A DNA stretch of 63,909 nt, filler included, from Sphaeroforma arctica JP610 (lineage: Eukaryota): the NCBI RefSeq assembly GCF_001186125.1. It is 7 parts of 3 records of this genome, joined end to end, with 100 filler letters (N's around TTAATTAATTAA, not from the genome) between each part and the next. Parts side by side here need not be neighbours in the genome. Positions count along the whole stretch, not along the records: positions 30,318 to 53,148 come from NW_014040522.1; 6 more parts are not named here. One strand, given 5' to 3'. A program made the position numbers and the translations under genes. Numbering within the stretch: the first letter of the stretch is position 1; every line of letters begins with the position of its first letter. The notes below the pieces were generated by a model, which did no database searches, was not told the DNA's origin, and saw nothing but the letters and a program-made list of their open reading frames with translations. Positions 36,301-47,969 of this stretch are shown here, piece after piece.

Positions 36301-38665
36301 TGTATTTCCTGAGGCGCAAGTTCAGAGATGAGTGTGGGTTGACGGCGTCGGTCAAATACGCAGGTGGATTGCCTACCAGTATGAGTGTGACCTCACAGGG
36401 AAGATGTACTGCCGTCTTGACGCACACCAAGACGGTGGACTCTGAATTAACCGCACCACGCATGGTTGGGACAAAGTATGGTGAGCACGACACCAATTAT
36501 TACTTGCCTTTGGTTACTCCCGGTAAGTCCACAGTGGTTAAATTGGGGGTGGCGGGGTGCAGCACATGCCAACTCCAACCACAGAGACCCAAAATGTACA
36601 TCTGGGATTGGGATGATATGGACGCCATAAAAAAGGCCTACAAGGATAGTGCAACGGGCCCAGTCTTTGCAGATACACTCAGTTTCTTACTACGAGAGTT
36701 GGTCAGATGGGGAGTGATGGATGGGAAGAAGTTCTCGGTCACACAGCAGACCCTCTTGCCTGGATCTGGTGATCGCAAAGACTATTTTACTATAGGATAT
36801 TACGCGTGGCCTTGTCAGGTGAGAAAATGCACAACTGTGTTGTTGTTTCGCGTCGTACTCATATTGGATGATTCTGCTGTAGTATAGAGATACAATCCGC
36901 CAATCTCTGCTTGTCTTTCGTCATTGTTCTCACATCTGCTTGAATGGAAACCCCTCAATTTAATAGGAAGCCCTGAAGTTGTATGGTTGGGGCGACGCAG
37001 TAGGACAATGCGATCCCCCACCCAATAACCTCTGCGTTGCTGACGCGCACTGGGGTAGTGTACCCTATATCGTTTGTGATGGTAAGTTGTTCAAAACAAT
37101 CGAATCTACTTTCAGTTCCCTGATTTTCAATAGTTTATCATCGAGGGAGATCATGTTCTTGCCATTTCTAAAACGATGTCATGCATATTGCAGGGATCCC
37201 GAACAGGGCGGCTTTCGACGGAACATCGAAGGATCATATGCAGCAGATGACAAGATCCGTAACGTCACTAGCCCTGCTATGGTTTTACAGTGATGATGAC
37301 AAGTATGCCCAGGTAGGCCCATATGTTAATAACTGAACTTAGCTTTCAGCTGTTTGCTCGTTACGTGAGTGCATCTAATCACACATTGAATTCCCGAAAC
37401 CCGCACTGGCACTCGCAAATGCATCTATGACGTCTACGCGGACCCGCACATTCAATGAGGTATCCCAATGCACCCTTCAATTAGATTGCTGCCGATCTGC
37501 TGCGGTACTTCTTCCTGGAGGCCACGACAGCGATGAATCCGAATCTGCAATGGGCACAGTACCGCCCGGGAATGCCCTTTGTTGGCTTTGTAAGTTCTTG
37601 ATTCTCATTGCGTACTTGTATAGCAATCGATCAGTGTGCAACATGAGTGATACTTCGTGTGCGCTACTTGAAGAAAACTCGGCGTATCGATCTTAACTTA
37701 TCGATCTACATTTTAATCACTTCAATCTTCTGGTGGGTGTCATACACTTTCGACCTATTTTTCAATTGGAATTTGAAACATCCAACTTATCAGGGAATCG
37801 TTGAGATGGGCCCTTGGTCTGAAATGCTGGACGCAGTTGCGATCATCAGGACGTCTAATTACTGGTCTGAAGCGGAGCATAGACAGTTGATGGATTGGAT
37901 GACTAACTTACTTCAGTGGTTAGAAACTAGCGACAACGGAAAGCTGGCAAGGTACCATCAGAATAACCATGCGACATGGTTCCACAACACGGCTATTGGC
38001 ATCGCACAACACGCCAAAGAGTATCACAGCTACGCCGCGAGTTTTGGACTACAGTTGCTCGCAGCTGTTCCTGCAATCATCAGATCGCAGATTGACAACA
38101 CTGGCTTGCTGCACGAGGAGGTCACGGTAAGTATTTTGTATATATGTATTAAGTTCTTGCTTTATTATGAACCGGCAGTCTTGATTCTATTTTCGATATT
38201 ATATTCACATACGGTCGCCATGAGTAGCTGATTTGTATCTCATTTGTATTTGTTCCTCCACAGAGGAGTAAGAGTATTCACTACCTTTGCTATACCTTGA
38301 CGCCATTCCTACGAATCCGAAGTATGGCGGAAAAGTCTTCGAATGGTAATTACTTTGCCGGTATTTCCGATTTGCTTCTGCAAGAGGCAATCAAGTGGAC
38401 TTACCCCTATATGCAACGGAGGGTGGCGTACCCATACAGAGACATAGATTTGGAATCCGGTTACTACAGTGATGTGTGGCACAGGTGTATGGAACCGGTG
38501 GCGCTCACCACCAGAATCTATCCCAGCCTCAAGACTAATAACGATATGGGTATTAGGATACAAAGGGACGAAGCTTATTGTGTTAATCCTCGCACATTCG
38601 GTCATCCCACGCCCACGTGGGACTTTAACACACTCGCTCTATTCGGTGATATCTCATGCTTATAA
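33337..38665 (+). CDS. Secreted multi-exon protein: Agd3-like (CE18) polysaccharide deacetylase fused to a PL5-like alginate lyase domain
   Basis: Signal peptide; CE18-like motifs LDTQIDDFYL, AFNGKG, WLTHTWNH, VGDNSRADL, IPRFATEIYFD, MRVDPYM|FHQANL (intron 35781-36170); lyase-like motifs SGDRKDYFTIGYYAWP, PYIVCDG, WMTNLLQWL..S..G, NNHATWF; both parts are linked within one exon (36171-~36818). Confidence 0.75.
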
Positions 38666-39192
38666 TCTACCGATAGCATGCGGATGGTAGATCGAATACA
38701 CAGTGACACCATCTTGCAACCTCGACACGATTCGAAGTGCGTAATCGATTTGATATTTCTTTAACAGACAAACAACAGTCTGAAACATAAAGTCTTGCAC
38801 ACCACTCTCAAATTGATACAAGCATCTTCAAGGTATTTGGTTGTTCAATGACTACACTGGCAGCCCATAGTATATCGCTACGACAGTTACGTTCGCTATG
38901 TTTGTTTTCATCGCTATGAAAGTTATAGTCGTGGACAGACTCGGGTTACAAAATGACAAACTTGAATTATCGTATCGACATTGTTTAGTTCGTATGTATA
39001 TCTGCACATCTGAATACCTGAAGTAAATACATTTTTGAGTGAATAAAATAGACACCACGTCGCCACCTGTACGTGATTCCAATGATACGCGTTGTTGACA
39101 TTATCTGCAATTATATCCATTGTACCATTGAGAGTATTCAATATTGGGATCTGGGGAGGCCTATTTGATGTATTGTCTAAATTTTCATAGCC

Positions 39193-39651
39193 TCAAGCTC
39201 GGAAAGTGGAAACCCCCTCTCTCGCAAGCTCCGGCGTGGACGGTTCCGTTAAGATCAGAGGATCCTCGTAAACTCTTCTTTCCAACTCGATCACGCGCGC
39301 CAAAACTCTGTCGCCAACGTCATAGTTTGCGATAAAGTCGAGGAATATCCGTAGCAACCAATCGATCACACAGGCAAAGACTGCGATACCGAACCCATTT
39401 CCGGGTATGGCGATGATATCTGCTAGGGCAAGAACCTCACTTATCCGGGGGGGGCGATCCGGACTCAGAATGTAGTCTTCAACAACGCAGATCATTTCCG
39501 AGTCTCCGTCCTTGAGTAATTTTTCGATCAGTTTGAAGAAATCAATTTCCGAGTCTCCACCCTTGAGTAATTTTTCGACGTAATCCACTTTCGACTCTGT
39601 TGGTTCACCTTCGGGATCCACTTCAGAGCCTACGTTGGTGTGATCCGTCAT
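39193..39651 (-). CDS. Hypothetical 152-aa acidic protein with internal 17-aa duplication, probably element-borne
   Basis: ATG ORF without introns; EKLLKGGDSEI...EKLLKDGDSEM duplication; TATAAATA ~40 bp upstream. Confidence 0.45.
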   Translation of the reverse strand: MTDHTNVGSEVDPEGEPTESKVDYVEKLLKGGDSEIDFFKLIEKLLKDGDSEMICVVEDYILSPDRPPRISEVLALADIIAIPGNGFGIAVFACVIDWLLRIFLDFIANYDVGDRVLARVIELERRVYEDPLILTEPSTPELAREGVSTFRA

Positions 39652-40316
39652 ATTTTTTTAGACTGATAATATTTATCTATCAACCTCTATATTTATACCG
39701 CTCACAAGTCACACATTTTGTTGCGAGACGTTTCGACATTTATAATACTTACCAGTAAGTCCCACCGCGTTCTACCAATAGACCTGGCACCTACCATTAG
39801 ACCTACCATAGTAGCTGGCGTCGGTGGCGCGTGAATCGGTAGGTTGTTGTACAGTGAGACAAATTTCAAGTTGTTGAATTTGTCGAGGCTTTTGCAATTA
39901 TGTGAGCGGACAAGTACTACCGTTCGTCCAAACGGCCCGGGTGTAATGGTACAAGCAAGTTGTGGACGTCAGGGCACCTAGAAAACACCCAAACGCTCGT
40001 CGTTTCCACGCTGCTGTTTACATTTCTTTTATTTGACAAGGTGAGTCCTCAAGTGAAATTTACTGTTCCGCACGACCAAGCGGAACGAATATTGAAAACG
40101 TTCAACCTAATTTTGTTGCGAGACGCTAATTTCGACATTTATAATACTTACCAGACTGGTGCTTCTGCGTTCGAGTACGTGTGCCTGTAAAACCCCAAAC
40201 CCTACGTTCTCTGTGAGCTCTGTGAGAGTTTTCCGACTGTAAAAAATGTGTATAAAAGGCGGGTGATTCACACGGCTTGCTTCACACTTTTGTCTTCTGT
40301 AAAGTAGAACAACCAG

Positions 40317-43300
40317 ATGTTGCGCCTGAACTACCCGATTAATAATCTCGATTCGACGGACACGTTGTATCGTCGTATGCGTTACGAAGACTTTGTCACT
40401 GGTCACCGGCTCATGTGTGAACATACTGTTGTGGAAATTGTCAGGAGCCGCGTTGACGGTCCGGGAACCCCAAACACCGACACCATAATGTTGGCCGCCA
40501 ACTCGACGAACTGGGACGATTTTCTTGCGCGTATGTTCTTCGATCCCAGCTCACCTTGGGGTTTACAGCCAACCACACGAGATCGGATGGCAATGATGAC
40601 GACGGTATAGGAACAACCACGAGATCGGCGAGTCAGTTTGGGGAGAACAAGGATGCGACGTGTGTATTTGATGCACTCATCACGACCGCCCAATTGGTAT
40701 CGAACCTCATACTTTCGCATAACGGCGTCCGAGCAAAAAAGTGTGGTGATGTACTGCTCAATATTCTAGTGCCACTAATTCAGCGTGAGAAAGAAAAGCA
40801 CCTGAGTTTGCGCAAAACGAAGGGTCTTAATGAACTTTTGACGAATCTGGCTGATCGAGCCAATATTTCAATCAATCTAGCGACCATTAACTTGAAAAGA
40901 TTGATGCATATCAAGCCGACGAGGGCGGCAGTATCATGGACGTCCCAGGATATCCGGATCAGGGAGTTGTTGAGCAAACACGTCCCCACCCGGCACCGTG
41001 TCTTTACCATCATGTTCATCGACGTCAATCAGGTGACACATATGAAGATGTCTTTGCGAGCCTATAGGGATCATGTCATGTACACGACGCATCTCGAAGT
41101 CACCAAAGAAGATATAGAGCTTTTGATGCGCAAACATACCGAAGATCCCTGGTCCAACCAAATAAATGCCATCAAGTACCATCGAGGTGGACAACTGGCG
41201 GCCATACATTTCAAGAATATATGGCTCACCACGGAGCTTATCAACATACGCCTCGTCAAGATCAAGGAGCAGTGCCTTGAAGTCCGCCTGGGGGGGCACG
41301 TAGCCCAGTTTGTGAAACTGGCATGCGCGGACTTTCTGAGCTAGAACATGACCGGTGTAGACGACAAGGACTGGACCACTCGGCCCATGGAATTACTTTA
41401 TGGTAACGTCACCAACTCGCGCGCCGTTACACCCAACAGTGTGTTACGTATTGGCGGTGAATCCATGTATATATCGACGCGTAAATTAGCCGCATATGAA
41501 GGCGTGCCTATCATCACGGACTTCCGGACCACAGACCGAATCTTAGGACCGAGTTTTTACTTGTACAAGATCATATCACACGTGAATCCGACCGTGTGGG
41601 AGAAAGTCGTAACCCCCATGGGTCTACATCTAGTGACGCACGTCGATTACTCTCCCGTCATTGTACAGATGCGACAACTGGGATATAGGATCCAGATCAT
41701 CGCCGGATGCTGGGAATGGCGCACTGTAGATTGCTTGGATGTGGTATACCGCCACAGTTTCACCGACTTGGGCCTAAAAATCGTGGACGATCACGATATA
41801 CCCGTGTATCGTAAAGTTTTTGAGATCTTGCAAGAGAGTGAAACTGACACCTATCGCTTACCTTCACATGCGCACGCTGAGGTTATGACTAAAACCCTAT
41901 AAAAAACCCCTAAGACCTTCCACTATGGCGAAACTATCAACGGTGACGCCGTCGTGGGCGTTAACACGACCAATGATCGGGTCTTTGTTGCCATTACAGC
42001 AACCGTCAAGTCACTGACGCGATTCGCTATGCTGGAACAATTGCAGACCCTGGTCCTGGGAGGCGCCACGTTGCTGCGCATATGTGTGGACGGTATTTAC
42101 TTTTCTAACCTCAACACTGCGCATATACATTGACCGTTCCGGATCAAGACTAGCACGTATATTCCGAACCTAGTACTGAACCTTGAACAGTCGACCAACA
42201 CGGACTCGGCGCTGCTAGCCCAGCACCACGAGTTGGACCCCACCGACGTTGATCGGCTCGCGGGGTCCATACATGTCTGCTGCAACATCAAGGGGCTTAC
42301 GCACCAAGACCAGGTCGACGCGTACCTGCAGTTTGCCGGGGAATCGGAACAGCCACAGTTTGCTTTGGAACACGTAAATATCCGAGAAGGTCCGGCCGGT
42401 ACCGGTAAATCGTACATGGCCGTGTTGGGGGATGTCGGTGTCATGCGCGAGTTGCACGGATCATTTCTGACCACCAACACCAACGCTTTGGTCAATGCAC
42501 ACAAGTCCAAGATATTCCATCACGGGGGGTGGGACGGTGTGTCCGTGACCAGCAACGAGGACGGTAATCCGACCATCAACCCCAGCACTCTCACCACCGA
42601 GTACGCGGCCGAGAACTTTGGCACTAACACGGTGCATATGTCGGCGTTTACATGCGACCGCACCCTCTCCGGTGCCAACGGCGGTGAATATAAATACATA
42701 TGGGACTCCTTGGTCAAGTTCATATACGAAGGATCAGGCAAACTGAACGGCTTTATCCCTAAAAGGTCGGATCGACACGAGTTTGTACGTATACTGAGGC
42801 TGCTGAACCTGTACAATGAAATGGCAAACGAGGTAAACTCGTGGAACACCGTGGACGAGGTCAAAGACGCATTCTTGGCTAAGATAAATGCCCGCGACGA
42901 TTCCAAAGAACCCCCGCACCCACTTGGTATCAAACCTTTTCTGGGCGGCCCGAAATCACATTCGGGGGTCCCGAATTGGTTTGATTGCAAGTACGTAATC
43001 CTGGACGAGTTTGCGATGCAGTCACCCAAGTTCGTATTGTGTCTCATAGCCAAGTTCTGGAATGCCAAGGTCTGACAGGCGACCCAGCCTACCAACTGGG
43101 TCATTCGTCTCTGAAGTGGATGGTCATCACGCGCAACTTGGAGTTGCTTAATTCAGCCAAAGTGTCCCGGTTGCCCAACATATCGTACTACCGATACACG
43201 ACCGTTCGGCGGTTCGATACCGGTGACCGTATCAACGAATTGGTAGCTAGGCTGATGGATATACGTACCGGGTTATCCGAAAACATCATCATCTCGGTCA

Positions 43301-43925
43301 GTTACCAGGAGTTCCAGATCAAGAGTATGCTCAAACAGTACTTCCCGGAAGTCCTTATCAAGCGCTCGGAGGGGCTCCAGCTATTCTACGATTCTCGGGA
43401 TTCGCACATGAATTATCTTATATCGGCGCGACGTTCGTGCCCGTACAACGTGTGTACGAAATGGGGTAGATTCTACAGTGAACCCGCGGAAGATGACAGC
43501 ATGCCCCGACTCACCGAGTCCCAGAGAGCCAAGCTACGCCTGAACTGCAATTGTTCGGGCATGAATATTATCCAGCAAGTCCGAGATGAACGCCCGGAAG
43601 ACAAGGTTATCTACAGGGCCAACAATATTGCTAAGATATGGTCATGTCCCGTACTCGAATGCAGCAGTTTGTGAATAGTGGTGTGCCCCAGGGTACCTTT
43701 GCGACTTGCTGTGGCTTTACCGTACATCAATTCCAGGGCGGTACCGTCGACCCTCCGAACACCATCATCTATCATCTATCGTCGGGATGGGAATACACAA
43801 GTGAGATACTCGACGATGCGACAAGAGTTCAAGACCTTCTTCGTGTGCTGCGGCTTTTCTACACATTTGTCAGTCGATGTAGAAGAATCTCCCAAATATT
43901 CGTCATTGACGATGCCCTGGAGTAA
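40317..43925 (+). pseudogene. Degenerate protein-primed PolB-like domain fused to superfamily-1B (RecD/Pif1-like) helicase, disrupted
   Basis: 40556-43075 is a single frame broken by three stops (41342, 41900, 42131); frameshifts at ~40550, ~43070, ~43670. PolB-like FVAITATVKSLTR and LRICVDGIYF (42074-42103); helicase Walker A GPAGTGKS (42389-42412), Walker B ILDEFAM, motif III TGDPAYQL, motif V TVHQFQGGT, motif VI YTFVSR. Confidence 0.8.
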
Positions 43926-43980
43926 GCAATTCGCTGCCTCTTTCGTGTTTCATTTATTTAAAGTATTTCTACATTTAACT

Positions 43981-45059
43981 CTAATCGTCAAGTCTGAGGC
44001 GTTTACGCATTGGTGCTGACATACCGAGCCGCGTAATTTGCACGTTGGCCAGATCAAGTTTGGTTCTGATCTCTCTCAATTCTTCGGCGTGCTTGTATTG
44101 ATCGTCGTCACGACGTTCAGAGATCAAGTTCAAGCGTTGTGACAAACGCGCGTTCTTCTCCTTCAAGATGACCTTCTCGTCTTTTAACACGACATTCTCT
44201 GCATCCAGAGTTTTCTTAATATCAGATGTATGCTCAAGGTTCAGCTTGAGAGTCTCGATGATGTGAGACAGACTGTGTGTCACATTCACGCTCCCCACTT
44301 CCTTAGCAATGTTAGTAAAGTGGCCCACTATACCCTGGAGCTTTTCGCGCGGAAGAGAAAATACTTCCGTCTGCCCCTCGTACATGAACGGCTTCGCGTC
44401 GTGGAGCTCGTGGAAAAGTCCTTGACTGCCTTCTCGGCCTTGGAAGCCAGTTCAGCGGGCATGTATATAACAGCCAGACGTTCCGCACCGGGGAACTTAC
44501 CTTCATGTGCAGTCAGTCGACGCATGATACTTGTTTTGGACATACCGAGCTTGACCACGACGTGGTTGTCGTCTGCGTCAGTGGGTACAGTGCACTTGTC
44601 CTGCAACTGCTCCACGGTCCCGACGAGGATGAGGTAGATCCCCATCTCAAAACAAACAGCCATTTCTGGAGGAATAGTCTTGGAGAGAGACTCCTTCGCC
44701 AGCTCGATAATTGCCACGTCGTCGCGCAGCATGAATGGGTGTAGGATATCCAGCATCCACTTACCATATGGCCCCTTCCTGTCCTTTCTACTTGTAAACA
44801 TGTACTGAACGAGCCCGTCTAGTGAAATGTAGACAGGATCAGTCGCGTCCGATCCGAATCGGAAACACAGCTCATCGTCAACTGATGCCTTTACAATCTT
44901 TGCCCCCATAACTACAACGAGCTTGGCCACATCACCAGCCTTGTAGAATGTACCGGAAACTGTACCGTCCCCAATGGTGTGCACGTCAAATACATCACCG
45001 TCACATGATACAAATAGTGTACTGCTACGTGTGGGTGTGTCCATACTTAACGTTTGCAT
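43981..45059 (-). pseudogene. Bro-N + T5orf172/GIY-YIG-like protein with coiled-coil tail (giant-virus type), one frameshift
   Basis: VYISLDGLVQYMFTSRK...KWML (Bro-N-like); GIYLILVGTVEQL...VVKLGMSK...RRLTAH; restoring one T at ~44415 gives KDFFHELHDAKPFMYEGQTE and joins the 44328-45059 and 43981-44385 ORFs. Confidence 0.7.
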
Positions 45060-45777
45060 TGTAGCGTCGTTGAAAAATCGGATTCGGATTCGTCAGATTC
45101 AGAGTTTGATTTGGATTACAATGCTTTTTTTTACGTTAACGGATTAGAATCGTTGTGAAAGTGACAGGGTGCTTTACCATTGCCCTTGAAGCGTAGGGTA
45201 AATGGTAGTCCGATGTGTAAATCACCCTGACGTATCAAACCGACGGGGTGCTATACCAGCGTAGGGTAAATGGTAGTCCGATTTGTAAGAAAGCAAGGGG
45301 TGAGCTGTGCGAATAGGCCCAGAGTGAGCTGAAAAGCAAGGGGACACGTAATTGCAAGAATCAACGCAAATTTGCAAAAACCACCGTCTGTGTCCGTTTC
45401 AAGCGGACACAAAATTATAATGTCCAGAGGCTTTAAACGTCTCTACTGCACACACTCCAACGGTGATACCACCCGAGTTACCGTTCGAGTCTGGTCTGTT
45501 GGTTCAAAGTTGCAGGGTGGTTTCTGCGCTGCTACCATTAAGACCTTGTCTGAGTCGTAGTTGGATACGTGACGTACGCCGCCATGGAGCTTGTTCAAGG
45601 GATGGGTGCACATGACGAGCCGGGTCGCGTCGTCGTGCTTTTGCATATGGTCCCTTTCTGGCCTTGCGTGAATTGTATATATATATATAAAAATAAATAA
45701 ATAAAATGTCACTCCGCATAATTGGTCGTGCGTGTTGTACCGCGCCGCTTTTGCGTGCAGATGTGCTACCAACCTCC

Positions 45778-46915
45778 TTTGACTACGAGGGTTTTTTTTA
45801 GCAGAAAATCAGCCAGAAAAGAACAGACAACTCGTACCGCGTGTTCAATGACATAAACCGTCTGGCTGAGCGCTTTCCCAAGGCCCGTGGTGGGGGACAC
45901 GCCGACATTACCGTTTGGTGTGCCAACGATTATCTAGGTATGTTGAGACATCCACTGGTTATCGATACGATGCGGCGGGTCATGTCGCTCCACGGCGCCG
46001 GGTCCGGTGGTACACGCAATATCAGCGGCAACACCCGCTTTCACCGCGAACTTGAAGCGGAGCTTGCGGACTTGCACCGCAAGGATGCGGCACTGGTGTT
46101 TACCTCGTGCTACGTGGCCAACGATACTACACTGCAGACGCTGGCCAAGCTTTTGCCTAACTGCATCATTCTGAGCGACAAACAAAATCATGCCAGCATG
46201 ATTGCCGGGATTCAGAATAGCCGCGCAGACAAGGTTGTTTTCAACCACAACGACACGAATGATTTGGAACAGAAACTGGCAGCGCTGGACCCTTTGCGAC
46301 CAAAGATTGTGGTGTTCGAGTCAGTGTATTCAATGTCTGAGGTCATTGCACCAGTTGACGAAATCTGCACGATAGCTCAAAAATACGGCGTACTAACGTT
46401 CATTGACGAGGTTCATGCCGTTGGTATGTATGGCCATGGAGGCGCCGGTGTAGGTGAGCAGTTGGGCAATCACGTGATGGACAAGTTTGATATTGTTGCC
46501 GGTACGCTAGGCGAAGCGTATGGTGTGATGGGAGGGTATATCGCTGGATCCACACGACTCGTGGATACGGTGCGCAGCTACGGGTCCGGATTTATTTTTA
46601 CAACATCGCTCCCCCCAGCCGTTGCATCTGGTGCGCGTGTGAGTGTCAAGCACCTCAAAACGAGTCAGGTGGAGCGCACTAGTCAGAGACGGCACGTGCG
46701 TGAGCTTAAGACACGGCTACACGAGTTGGGGATCCCAATAGCTGAAAACACGGGCCACATTGTCCCCATCTTGGTCGGCGACGCCAAGACTTGCCGTGCC
46801 ATTTCCGACACATTGCTGCAGAAACACAACATATACGAGCAGAGCATCAACTATCCCACGGTACCTGTGGGACAGGAGCGGCTGCGCGTTACCCCAACAC
46901 CGGCACACACCCCTG
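45778..46915 (+). pseudogene. ALAS: Intronless 5-aminolevulinate synthase pseudogene
   Basis: FDYEGFF*QKI..SYRVFNDINR, VWCANDYLGM, GSGGTRNISG, NHASMI, FESVYSM, DEVHAVG; in-frame TAG at 45799; PLP lysine motif GTLGKA changed to GTLGEA; no transit peptide; similarity ends after TPTPAHTP. Confidence 0.88.
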
Positions 46916-47969
46916 GACACGTTCTCGGACGCTCACTGTGCGGTAAAAAATTAGCTTCAGTGTAGGGGCGAAAAGACTCAGACTCACAGAGCCCGAGTGA
47001 AGAAAAAAAATTGAAAAAAAGGTGATTTTACATTTGGCATGAAATAAAGGCATTTTTCGATTTGGTATGAAAAAAAGGCGATTTGACATTTGGCATAAAA
47101 AAAATGGTAAATATGCCACTAAAAAAAGAGTATTTCCAAATACGCGCACTCTAGCAGAGGTCGCCGCCAATACCTGAGGCACGTCATTCAAAGAAACGCC
47201 CAGCTATGGAACGAGCAACACGGCACTCGCTCGCCGAACCATCCCGAGCTTATCGCTCCTTGCATACTTCAGCTCTCGCAAGCCACGGATGTCGATGAAG
47301 CTGGCGAGCCCTATTGGTGACTTTCTGGCTCATTGGCGCCCGCCGGGTAGCAAAAAAAACTTTCGGCCCTAAAATACTTTCGTAGTTGAGCAAGCCAGCC
47401 ACACGCTATTTGATATCTCAACAGGAAAAAAAAGGAAGAATATTTCAATAAATCAAATTCATCTCACGTTCTCTAGATCGACAGACGTTCGACTTCCTCA
47501 ACACTCACCTGACCGATGCGATACTTCCCCCCCCTCCCCCATACCTCTCCAAGTCCGGCTATGGTCCATCAATAGCATGTAAGACCCCCCCCCCCACAGC
47601 ATCGTGTTAATTAAAAAAAGTATTTCGTTCGTCGTTCGTGCATGACACGCACGTACAATCGCTGTCCAAAACACACAGTGACATGCATTTTGCTATAGGA
47701 CATCATAAGTCACACTTTGAGCACCGGCAGGCTTCTCTGAAACCCAATCGCTGCCTTACTCGCCACATTATAGAATCAGGATGAATCACCAGTATCGTAA
47801 GGTCAGCAGTTCTTGGATGATGCCTAATTACTCCAGAAATTTGCGCGCAAGTAGGTTTTAGCGAAACAAAGCCCTCATGGGGGAAAATCTTTGCAGAACA
47901 TGCACAACCAATTGAGCACGAACCTTTGCCAACAGCAGCAGAGGAAGTCTTTCGAGCAAGTCGTGGCTA

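Larger units (their letters stand above)
39193..45720. mobile_element. Decayed endogenous Polinton-like virus / Tlr1 / transpoviron-like element (boundaries approximate)
   Basis: Block of intronless ORFs, most of them disrupted, including a pPolB-like/SF1 helicase fusion and an NCLDV-type Bro-N/T5orf172 gene; no capsid, ATPase, integrase or TIR recognised. Confidence 0.7.

Noticed and set aside
42233..43925. Helitron RepHel or cellular Pif1
   Set aside because: No HUH Rep motifs seen upstream; PolB-like motif and viral neighbour favour a PLV-type fusion, though this is not formally excluded.
46934..47105. CACTG-start and triple atttggcat(g/a)aaa motifs as a CACTA transposon end truncating ALAS
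   Set aside because: No matching opposite terminus or TSD could be found in the window.
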